A DNA stretch of 64,000 bases from Camelus ferus (taxonomy: Eukaryota): assembly GCF_009834535.1 (NCBI RefSeq), contig NC_045697.1, positions 34,288,001 through 34,352,000 on the forward strand, given 5' to 3'. This document shows positions 53,308 to 64,000 of this stretch, piece after piece. The translations under genes and the position numbers were made by a program. The notes beneath the pieces are model-generated. The model had not been told where the DNA came from. It saw nothing but the letters and a program-made list of their open reading frames with translations, and searched no databases. How positions within the stretch are numbered: the stretch's first letter is position 1; the number at the start of each line of letters is the position of its first letter.

Positions 53308-55714
53308 CTGCAGAGACGGGAGAGGCATATCACTTTGATCAGCACCTGTAAATTCCTCACACAAGGATCTGAGGGATCTGGTGGAGAGGAGGAATGACAC
53401 AGCTTTCATTTCCTTCCAACTTCTCCGAAAATATTGAACACGTGTTTGAGTAGGTATTTTTTGGATTAATTTTCCTGGTGACTAAATACAGCACAGTTAT
53501 TCCAGAAGGATTCTGTAGGCATGAAGAAACGAAGAGGCAACTGATCCTCAAAAAAACAGGCTGTTGTTGCTTTTAATGGAAAAGATAGCATTTTTATATT
53601 GACATGGGTGCATACAGTTGCTTACAAAATAAAATTCCAGTGATTGCAGGGAAAGACCAGTATTTTAAAGACCCATTTGATCCCTACTCTAGTCTTCCCT
53701 CTAAGGAAAATGCTTTTCTTAATAACAAACAGGGCATCAACACAAAAAGGAGGCTTTATTACAGTACAAGTCTCGTGCAGCTGTTATCCAGATTTTCTGT
53801 ATGTCCTTGGAAAGTATCCTTGGCCTAGCTGCAGTGACCTGAGAATTGGGTTTCTTGTTTCCAAATGAATGACAACAGTAATGTCAGCCTAATGGCTTTT
53901 CCTTAAGGTATTTAGAGAGGAAACTGCTTTTCCCACTGATTTCCTGGTCATTTGTAGATTAAATGGATAAGGTAATAAATTACTGCCCATTCACTTTCCA
54001 GCTCTCCCCCATTATAGCCAATTACTTTCAGATCCATCATCTGGAATCTAGAAAATCTTGCAAGGCATTTTTAAATGTAAATAACAGCATAGTATACATA
54101 CAACCATTCTTATCTATAATTCTAAGACAATATTTATTATGCTGGGCTCTTTCTTTCTTCCAGCACCATTAATGTACAACACTATAAATCATAGCCTTGC
54201 AGAAAAGAGATATTACTACCCCTCCTCTTTTTTTTTAATGTTACCAGGTCAAACTTTTTTTTGCAAGGTAAGTTCGGATAATTTCCATGAAATCGGTCTC
54301 TTACAGAAATTTTATGAGGACAACATGCACTTCTTATTTCTGCAGATATTAAGTGCCTGCGAGGTGACAGCTTATGCGGCAAGCTTGGCCCTGAGAGTTG
54401 AAAGATAACAAAGCCCAATCATTCCTGCTCTGATCAGGGACACCGTCGTGAAGGGAATCTTACGATGCTGTGTGGTCACCGCTCCACTGAAGGGACCCAT
54501 GAAAAGCAGGAAAAGCAAACCAGGGCAGTTTAAGAGTAAAGCGTCTCAAAGGAGTTTTTCAGGCAGATGGGGTAAGTTGAGGTAAGAGGGGTGGATGGGT
54601 TTCCCCAGCAAATAGCAGGATATGCAGAGGTCTAGAGTAAAAATGTTCACAGGCTGGAATCATTGGAGGTTAAGGGAGACTCAACAGGAAGGCTGAGAGA
54701 GAGGCTGAGGGTTGGAGACACCTAAATCTTTAATAGGGCCCCAAGCCCTGGGAGAAGGGGTCCCTGCCTCCCTCCCAGCCTTGTGGAGCAGAACCAGCCC
54801 GCGATCACTCTGACAATTATTCCATTATAACTCACTCCCCTTCACTCTCAGCTCTCTAATGACAATGGCCTTCTCCCAGAACTCTAAACTACCTTGCTCC
54901 TTCCTGCTGTGGGACCTTTGGCCAAGCAGTTCCCCATGTCTGAAATGCTTTCTCCCGTCCCACTGTCCTTTGTTAATTTCATTCAGTCTTCAGATCTTAC
55001 CTCCAATGTCTCCTCCTCAGGGGGCTTCCCAGAAGCCCCTTTCCAGGGAATTCACACCATACATAGCATCCTACAACCCTGAATTTCCTCCTGACCCATA
55101 TCACTCCGCAGTTAGACAGGGACTAGCACCACTATTTGTATCATGCCTGTCTCACCCCCAGGAGCCTGCCAGCCCCATGAGCTGTTTCGCTGGCACTAAG
55201 TTTCCAGCACCACGGTACACATCTATTTGGTTAAATTCACTAGCCTGAATAATATAAGGATGCTACAAGTTTACTTCGCAATCCATTTGATCACATGACT
55301 TTCTTACATCTTTCACACACATGTAAGGAAATATTTACAAATCCTGCCACTGCATCATGAAGAATCCAAAACTATTTCAAACAGCAGTGAATTCTGTAGA
55401 AAAAAGGAACTATCTGATCAAAAGGGAGGTGCTTGGCTGATATGCACATAATCACTCATGGCTAGAAAAGGCTCTCCTGAATTTTAAAAATCGGTAACAT
55501 GAAGCACTCCTGATCTAGTTTTTTCATGTAGTAAGTCTGTGATGAAAAGGCTCTCCTGGAATGCTGGAATGCTTTCTCATCAAAGCCATTCTAGTGATCA
55601 ATATTCACTATGAGAAAGGTAATTTAGTCACAGGTGACCAATCTCATTAGCTGATTTGGGAAACACACAGCCCAAGGCATACTTTCACACAGTCACCATG
55701 CAGTAACAGCCAAC

Positions 55715-55890
55715 TCACCACGTGCTAACTCTGTGAAGTCGCTGTCATTATTCTGAGATTACAGACCCAGAAACTGAGATGCAACAGGCTAAGTTACTGG
55801 CCTGAAGTCAACCAGGTGGTGGGTACCAGAGCTGGGATCTGAACCCAGGCAGCTGGACTGCAATATCCACATTCTTAACAACTAGGCTCT
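55715..55890 (-). mobile_element. MIR SINE
   Basis: agaaactgagatgcaacaggctaagttactggcctgaagtca...gagctgggatctgaacccaggcag. Confidence 0.8.
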
Positions 55891-56513
55891 GTAGGTAAGA
55901 GGCAAGGTCACTCAAACAAATGTAGTGATGTTTAAGTCGAGGGATATTTCCAGCCCTGTACAAAGAGATGCTTTTGTACAAACCGGGGCTTCAAACAATC
56001 AGCGTGGAACTTTCTTTCCTGACATAGACCCATTTTAAAAACCAACTTATTTGGTGTACTTTTTTTTCTGGGGTCTCACAGATGATCTCAGACTCCTTTT
56101 AAAGTGTATTTAAGAATATTGCTTGGTAATGTGAGGTGTTAAACTGCTTCTCTGCATGTGGTTATTTTAGGGAGCCATTACATTTAATTTCAGAAGCCAG
56201 TTCCTTCTAATTGGAATCTAGTCTAATTGAATTGACTACTATACACTACTTTTCTCTTTGTCATGGCTTTTCCCCCTAACTGACACTGCCCCGGCAGCTT
56301 AAGTGTCTAACCTCTACCCTTCACCCTTAGGAATTATTTTTAGTGTGAGCTGCATGAGAATTATATTTACAAGAAGGGGTTCCTGGCTGAACAGAGCTGT
56401 GAGGCAATCTGGAATGATTTACATGGGAATCCTACTTAAGCACTCGGGTAACTTTCAGCGATTTGCTCTGTTCCCAGGGAAGGTCTGCCGGTAAGGACCG
56501 TTTCGGGACTTAC

Positions 56514-56633
56514 CGTCATCGCTGCAGCTCTCTTCGTCACTCCCGTCCTTACAGTCCTCATCTCCATCACACTGGAAGGTGCTGGGGATGCACTGTCCGT
56601 TTCTGCACTCCACCAGCCCCTGGCTGTGACACG
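56514..56633 (-). CDS. CORIN: CORIN exon ~9, LDLR-A repeat 4 (120 bp)
   Basis: [40 protein letters not shown]; acceptor ctAG, donor GTaag. Confidence 0.95.
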
Positions 56634-56924
56634 CTAGGAAATGCCAAAATGACATGCACTTTAATTATCTATACTTCTTTCAGTGCAGATCATAGAAATG
56701 ATTCCCATTTATCTGGCATCACCAAACAATAAAGCGTTCTGAATATCTGACTGTTCTGCTTCAATGAATGAATGGATCATTAATTTTTTCATTTCAAGTA
56801 TTTCTGGAGTGGAAAGTTTTCTTTCCAGAATTTCTCTTGACTTATCAAATAGCACTTACAAAAAACTAACTTTTTCATGATCACTGCATGGTAAAACTAT
56901 TTATGACAGTAGTAGTTATACTAC

Positions 56925-57150
56925 TAATATAAAAGCTACAATTAAAGGCTTACTTCATGGCAGTAACTATGTTAGGAGTATTACATGTCTCATCTCAAAT
57001 CCTCATAACAAACTTGCAAAGCGGATATTATCAACCTTGTTTAGAATAAGGAAACTGAAGCTTAGAGAGTTTAGTGTATCTCTTAAAGTCTCAAGACTGT
57101 TAAAAGGTAGGGCCAGGATGTGAAGGCAAGCTTTTTGAACCCTAAACCTC
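56925..57150 (-). mobile_element. MIR SINE
   Basis: atcctcataacaaac...aataaggaaactgaagcttagagag. Confidence 0.7.
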
Positions 57151-57389
57151 AGCATTTCACCTACTGCACCAATGAAATGGTGCGTGTGAAAGAATGGCAT
57201 AGAACTCACCTTAAAATAAACACTTAATTTCAAAACTTGTTTATGACATCTGACATTTAAAAGGGATGGTCTAGTGGCCATTAACCTTCCAATTCCTGAA
57301 GGTTGTCTTAATTCTATACTTATTGTTTGTTAGAGCCTCAGAGACCCATGTATCATGTGACCTCAGCCTTCACTGAGTTTCTGTTTCTG

Positions 57390-57395
57390 TACACA

Positions 57396-57448
<53 letters not shown>
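57390..57448. repeat. (CA)n microsatellite
   Basis: About 29 CA units with one TA interruption. Confidence 0.97.
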
Positions 57449-57450
<2 letters not shown>

Positions 57451-58418
57451 ATGCATACATGAGCACCATATCCTTGCTTTTCCAAGATTCATCAAAATAC
57501 AGTCCACTCTGTTCCACTCTGTCCACTAAGCAAGGACTCAGGTGATGTTCCAGTTCAAATTCAATTCTGGAAAGAAGAGAGCTGGGCATTGAATTTACTA
57601 ACTAATGTTTATGACTTTTCTTATGTCAAAATAAAAACCATGCAACCCATATTTCTATTTTTGCCTCAAACTATAGGCAAATTAAATAGTCAGTCTCACA
57701 TATATCTGCTTTTTCTAATTTGATTAGACAAATTAGAAAAATGAAATAAAAAGTGTAATTAGTTTGAAAATGCATCATATTCACTCTTTCAGGTCAACTT
57801 TACTCTCTTTTAATACCTACCTGCCTCTGTTCAAACATTTTATTATACTCTACTGAGTATAGTGCTATTTCTAGGGGAAAAAAAAAATGACAAGTAACAC
57901 CTGATTTTATTAGGGAGTGGTGTAACAGCTACCAGGAGATGCTTTACTCACCCAGAACCACAACAAGCTCTGAAGTTTTATTATTGTCACACACTGTCAC
58001 TCTCTGACCCCTGAAGGCTCTCCTCTCTCTGCCAGATCTCTCCATGTTCTCCCAAAAATGGCACCTGAGAGTATGTCTGGAGGCTCCTGCTTAACAGCTC
58101 ATATATTGTTTGCAGAAGAAAAGTCCCCCAGCCCCTAGGAGGAACATCCCCTCTGACAAAGTCACAGATGCAGAAAGGAGATACATGGACAACAAGAGAG
58201 AAAACAGCCACCTGCTTGGCCAGAGAGGCCAGATTAGGCTGGGAGATGTGGAGAGAGAGAGAGATGCAGAAGGCTGTGGTCACCACACCATCCAGTTATT
58301 GTCATTATAGGCCAGGGCCAGAGCAGAAGAATCTGTTTAGATAGTGAGCCTTGAGCATATCTGACTAAACAGGCAGAAGCGGGGAAATAAGCAGAATGAA
58401 AATCCTCAGGGCACTCAC

Positions 58419-58529
58419 AGCAATTGGCCTCGTCGGACTTGTCCACACAGTCGTGGTCACCGTCACACACCCACTCTATGGTGATGCAGCGCCCATCTCC
58501 GCAGCGATGCTCCTCTGTGGGGCTGCAAT
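58419..58529 (-). CDS. CORIN: CORIN exon ~8, LDLR-A repeat 3 (111 bp)
   Basis: [37 protein letters not shown]; acceptor gtAG, donor GTgag. Confidence 0.96.
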
Positions 58530-60267
58530 CTACAGAAAACAAGGACCTCCAAGGACGTTGGGAACTAGCATGACAGACACTCAGAACTGTACAGCTCGTA
58601 GGTCTAGAAGAGAGTCTGTTCCCATCACTCTGGTGCCTTCAATAACCCTTCTATGATGGGACATCACCTCCCACCTAAGCATGCAGCCCTCTGGCCACCA
58701 TCACTATGGGGTAAGACCTGTCTGTTTTCCAGATGAATAACAACCACCCAGCTTCCTTAGAGCCCATAGAATGTCTTGCTTTCTGTTTTGTTTAGTTGTT
58801 GTTTTCTTTCCTTATGAAAACTTTGTGATTTTTACACTGGCTCAAATGAACAGAACTGTGATTTGGGTTTCACAATGCAGAACAGCTGATCTGATGATCT
58901 GTGACAATGCTGTCCTGTTTCTAAGAATTGCAACTTACCTCTCTATAGGAAAAGGGCAAGGCAGATCTGCTCCTGTCATCTTTCCTGATGCTAAACTTGG
59001 CTTTTCTACTGAGCTGTCTTAATATATAACTCATAGCTGAAAGAACTCCTGGGAAAAAATGCAAAATATTTGTTTTCCTTTATGATTCCTTTTATCTTGG
59101 ATTTAACCTATGTCCCAAACTATACTTTCCTAGGGAAAAAAGAGAACTAAGTGATGTTCCTTCTCACAGAGGGCAGAATCTAAAGCATTCTTTGCCGTGA
59201 GACATGGAATCACCTTAATATAAACAAGACTTTGAAAGACGTTTGTAGATCCATGAATAACAGATTCAATAATGAGGAACTATCATAAGTTTCATCAACA
59301 GGGCTACTGTCATTGACAGACTTGCAGAGGGACCATGGATCTTGGAGGATGTATTAAGTGGAGAAGATAGAAGATGTAGGGGAGAGAAAAGAAGAAAGAC
59401 ACAATGGGGGGATGCTTGGACAGGAACCAGAAAAGCTAGCACACTCTCAGCCTGCAAAAGATGCTGGAAGTGGGAGCTGGGGCAGAGACTGGTCTAAGAG
59501 AAAATCATGATTATTACCATTAGATAGAGACAAAGTCACCCTAAGAGTGCAAACTTCATGAAATCCTGCCGTCTTCAGAAGAATTACATTGAGTGGTAAG
59601 ACTGTTGTTCTTCCCGCACTAACTATAAACTGGTCCTCTCCACTGACCTATTTAACTACCAAGCTACACTCAAGTCCTCCCCTCTCCTCCTTTTTCTTCT
59701 CTTTTCTCCAGTTATCTCATTGGTAAAAGGAAGGGTTAGATTAGATCATCTCTAAAGCCTCTTCCAACCATAAATTCTATGACGCATACAGTTACAGTTG
59801 CTTCACATTCTTTGTCCCAAGACTAGGCAGTCCAGTCCCAGAAGAGAGTCTGTATCTATTGTTATGACCTGTGGGATGGTTTGTACATATACACATTTTC
59901 CAATATTTTTATGGATGCACTGAGGGGCAACTAGACATGTGCTTCTAGGAACTACCAGTTTCCCATCATGGGGCCATTTCTGACACTCACCACTCTGAGG
60001 CATTTCTCTGATCATACTCCTGATCCCCCCATACTTCCTTCGGTATTCTCTAATGCTGAATATTGTTTCACATCATTGGCCCGATGTCTCTCCTCATCTT
60101 GTTCACATTAAAAAGTTCTTATGTCGCTCAAGAATATACTACCTAAAGATTCTACAGCTAATCACAAAGTCAAAAAGGTAAATAAGCAAGGAGAATTTTG
60201 CTGGGTTTAATTCATGAGAGGTCATTCAGAACTGAACACAGCTCTTTAAAAGGTAAGTTCATTCTTT

Positions 60268-60476
60268 TTTTAATTATTGAGATACAATTGACATATACCA
60301 TTGTATAAGTTTACGCTGAAAGAACTCAGAAAGAGAAAGATAAATACTGTGTGGGGTCTAAAAGAGCTGAATTTGTATAGACAGAGAATAGACTGGTAGT
60401 TGCCAGTGGCTGGCGGGTAGGGGCGGGAGGTGAGCGATTGGGAAGATGCTGTTACAGGTACAAATGTGCAACTAGC
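60268..60476. mobile_element. Short LINE-1 with internal inversion; TSD AGGTA(A/G)GTTCATTCTTT (60251-60267, 60477-60493)
   Basis: Minus-strand L1 tail (~60268-60325) joined to a plus-strand upstream 3' UTR segment (~60326-60476). Confidence 0.82.
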
Positions 60477-60988
60477 AGGTAGGTTCATTCTTTAAAAGAT
60501 GAGATCAATTTTTACACATAAAACAACGCCCCCTCCTAACCCTAGATGTCACCACAGTAGAAGTCACTCCTGCAGTGCTTGGCAATCAAATTAAAGAGGG
60601 GTCTTTGGTTATATACATTAAGGGGGTCAGGAACAAACAATATATCTGTCGGCAAGGTTTTGCTCAAAAGCTCAAAATCTAAACATGAGCTACTGGCTCC
60701 AGCTAGAGAAGAAACAGAACACTTTCAAAGAGGAAGAAAAAAATTAACCCCCGTTTCCACACCACTTCTGTAGCATTTCCTTAGTATGACTTTATGTAAG
60801 AAATATTACATTGACACATAAAACACAATTCAGACTAGTAACTGAAAAACTCCACCTCTTTCCAGAAAGTAAGAAACCACTCGTTTTGTAATTTAACCCA
60901 CTAATTACATTAACAATGAGCTACAAATTCTTGATTATAAATTTCTGTAATTTTAAATGAAAACCTTTCGGGACATAGCACTACTTAC

Positions 60989-61096
60989 CACAGTTTTGCT
61001 CATCACTCAGGTCTCCACAGTCATCGTAGCCATCACACACAAAGCTGTAATTAAGGCACTTTCCCGTGTGACAGTGAAACAGATTCTCACTGCAAT
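60989..61096 (-). CDS. CORIN: CORIN exon ~7, LDLR-A repeat 2 (108 bp, phase 1-1)
   Basis: Manual translation [36 protein letters not shown]; acceptor ttcAG, donor GTaag. Not in the ORF track. Confidence 0.96.
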
Positions 61097-61199
61097 CTGA
61101 AAATAAGAGAAGCCACTGATGTCTCATCCAAGTGGAACAGGATGTCATAGCAGTTAAAATACCAAAAGCATATCATGGGGGGGAGGGAGGATCACAATG

Positions 61200-61330
61200 G
61201 CAACACATCTGTTGTTTTACAGGTAAGGAGAATGTGGTGCTAGATGTAATGACTTGCTCAAGGTCACATAATAAGTTATTGCAGAACCAGGACTAGGACC
61301 CTCTGGCTCTCAAGCCAGTGCTGTTACCAC
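61200..61330 (-). mobile_element. MIR SINE
   Basis: ttttacaggtaaggag...gacttgctcaaggtcaca...gcagaaccaggactagg. Confidence 0.75.
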
Positions 61331-61924
61331 TTTCTGAAAGTCTTTATCTGAGTTCCGTTGTATGTCACCTGAAGGCTCCTTTAGAGGCGAGCATGTGAAA
61401 AGACAGTCTCAATTCACCATAGCTCCTAATCAGGTTTCTGTTCCTAGAGAATAAACACTTAATAGGGGGTGAGTAGTTATTTCCTAAAAAGGTTTCCTTT
61501 AAAGTGGGAGTCTACTTATATCAATGGTAAGCATAAACATAATGGAGAGAAAAAGTCATTTAGAATACAGAGTCATTACTTACTCTCACACAACTTTATC
61601 ACTTAAGTCAACTGAGTGCTTCATAATATGACCCCCAAATTAGCAGTACTGTCCTAGATCATGGTGGCAAGATAGGAGTAAGTGACATGTAATCTCAGGA
61701 AGCTTATTGTTCAATGTTGGAATAAACACCAAGCAAAGAAATTTTAATAAGAAAATAGGTCGTGTACTCCGGTAGACCAGAACTCCTGTTCTGGTTTTGC
61801 CATCTACTAGCTGCAGGAATTAGTTAAAATGTGTGAGTCTGTAAACTGATTTATGACCTTAGGATAAAATCAATTACTTAACAGGGCTTGGGGGAAGACA
61901 AAAATAATAAAATAATGTGTGCAC

Positions 61925-63200
61925 GTTGCCAAGACAATTCAATAGGAAAAAAAAAAAAAACCCTTCAGCAAATGGTGTTGGGACAATTGGATTTCAAATA
62001 TGCAAAATGGAACTCCAACCTTTACTTTAAACCATACGTAAAAATTATCTCAAAATGGATTATAGACTTCAACGTAAGAGCTAAAATTATGAAGCTTCTA
62101 GAAAAAAACACAGTAAAAAAAATCCTTGTGACTTTGGGAAGCAAAGAATTCTTGGATATTACAACAAAAGCACAAGCCATAAAAGAAAAAAGTAATAAAT
62201 GGTATTTATTGAAGTTAAAAGTATTTGTGCTTCCAAAGATACTACGAAGAAAATGAAGACAAGCCACATGCTGGAAAAAATATTTTCTAATCATGTATCT
62301 GATGAAGGACTTATATCCAAAATATATATAGAATTCTGACACTCAATAAGAAGGAAAGCAACCCAATTCCAAACAGGCAAAAGACTTGACTACAAAGTCT
62401 TCATGAAAGACATATAAATGGCTGATAAGCACATGAAAAGGTGCTCAATATAATTAGTCACTAAGGACATACAAATAAAACCGCAATGAGATACTATTAC
62501 ATATCCCCTAACATAGTTACAATAGAAAAGACAGATAATACCAAGTATTGGCAAGGATGTGAGAAACTGAAACCCTCATATAGTTGGTGCGGATGTAAAA
62601 TTATAATGCCCCTTTGGAAAGCAGTCTGGCAGCTTCTTATAAACTTAACTATAACCTCATCATATGATTCATGAATTCTACTCTTAGAAATCTACCAAGA
62701 GAAGTGAAATATAAATCCACACAAAGACTTGTGTTTGAATGTTTACAGCAGCATTATTCATAATAGCCAAAGACTAGAAACAATCCAAATGCCCAACAAC
62801 TGGGAAATGGATAAGCAAAACGGAGTCTATTCATACAGTGGGATGGTATTCAGCAACTTAAAGTATTAAACTACTGACACATGTGACAGCAGAGATAAAC
62901 CTCAGAAACATTATGCTAAGTGAAAGAAACCAGATACAAAGACTACATATTGTGTGACCCATTTATGAAGCTCCTGGAAAAAGCAAACTTACAGAGACAG
63001 ATGTCAGAGCAGTGGTTATCTGGGGCTGGCAATGGGGGAGTGAGGACTGACTTCAAATAGGTAGGAGGGAAATCTGGGGAGGAGATGAAAAGTTCTAGAA
63101 GTGGATTGTGGTGAAGGTTGCATTTTATATATTTACTAAAAATCAATGGATTTATTTTATAGTATGTAAATTATACCCCAGTAATGCTATAAAATGTTTT
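61925..63200 (+). mobile_element. Old L1M: degraded ORF2 C-terminus + 3' UTR
   Basis: ORF 61888-62256 contains KPYVKIISKWIIDFNVRAKIMKLLE and KAQAIKEKSNKW (ORF2-like), followed by typical L1M 3' UTR motifs. Confidence 0.9.
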
Positions 63201-63201
63201 A

Positions 63202-63228
63202 TACACACACACACACACACACACACAC
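63202..63228. repeat. (CA)n microsatellite
   Basis: About 13 CA units at the end of the L1. Confidence 0.9.
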
Positions 63229-64000
63229 TCTACCTTTAATAGAAATCAGATTGCTTAAATGTACTTCTTTTCCCTTATTTAAAGTGAATTAAGTTCAAAA
63301 ATAGACTCTTAAGGCTGGAGAGGGCTCATGGAAGATGGGCAGAATTTTAGCAGAGTGGATGCAATGAAAACTTCAGTATGTTTTGAGTAGAGGGAACAGC
63401 AAGGACAAAGGAAAGAGGTGAGAAATGGGGACACATCTGAGGATCAGTCTACTTGGCTGATGAAGACCAAGAATCCAGTGGTCAATAGTCCAGTCTCCTG
63501 AATTCCAACAGATTGTTTCTCTTCAAGCAGAAGGCTGCACCTCATACAACCGGTGATGGGTACCTCTCTACTATAAACATCCTAAACTCTGTAACAACTC
63601 AATATCAAAAGTCTGAGCATTGCTCAGTTAAAATGTTACCACATCAAAATACAATAGTTGTTATTTACATGGATCATAAACTTCTATTTCAAAAAGCATT
63701 CATCTAAAAAGCTACTTAAATACTTTTAGATTCACATCATTTTAGAAATGGAACAAGCCTTGGAGATCATCTGTTCAGCGCCATCATTAAGAGGGTGTGT
63801 ACATGTGCATGCACAAACACGCACGCATGTGTGCACACAAATGCTCACACTCGTGCGCATCCAGAACCTCGTAAGTACTTCTTATTTTTTATTTCCCCCT
63901 GGTTGAATAATTTTCAAATGAGGACAGCTCTCATAAGGGAAAATATAAAGACTAAATAGAGGTCCCAATTTTCACCTTGACAGTACTATTTCCTCCCATT

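Larger units (their letters stand above)
12652..61096 (-). other. CORIN: CORIN gene, partial (span of coding exons ~7-19; gene extends beyond both window ends)
   Basis: 13 exons with AG/GT boundaries splice in frame to LDLR-A x4, Fz CRD, LDLR-A x3, SRCR, RILGG protease start. Peptides closely match recalled human corin. Confidence 0.98.

Noticed and set aside
55958..55981. Short hairpin tgtacaaa-N8-tttgtaca
   Set aside because: An 8-bp stem is expected by chance in 64 kb of AT-rich DNA.

Overview
Mammalian, AT-rich, intron-dominated genomic DNA, not prokaryotic. The window holds 13 consecutive coding exons of CORIN (type II transmembrane serine protease, the pro-ANP convertase) on the minus strand. 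By recalled human numbering these are exons 7-19: LDLR-A repeats 2-5, frizzled CRD 2, LDLR-A 6-8, the SRCR domain, the activation site and the start of the trypsin-like domain. Every exon has an AG acceptor and GT donor, and they splice into one uninterrupted frame. Exon 6 and earlier lie beyond 64000, and exon 20 onward lies before position 1. The introns hold L1, L2, L3/CR1, MIR, MaLR/ERVL LTRs, hAT DNA elements and a full-length U2 snRNA retrocopy. The L1 3' ends and the lack of recognisable Alu, B1, Bov-tA, PRE-1 or Can-SINE suggest a camelid-like cetartiodactyl (inference only). I found no evidence of a wholly new biological system. The most interesting observations are a ~260-bp diverged inverted duplication in intron 10, a U2 retrocopy that appears to derive from 3'-extended pre-U2, a young L1 with a 3' transduction, a twin-primed L1, and lineage-specific CORIN changes (RMYKR activation site, shifted N-glycan sequons, one extra codon). 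Repeat family names and human comparisons come from memory, not database searches.
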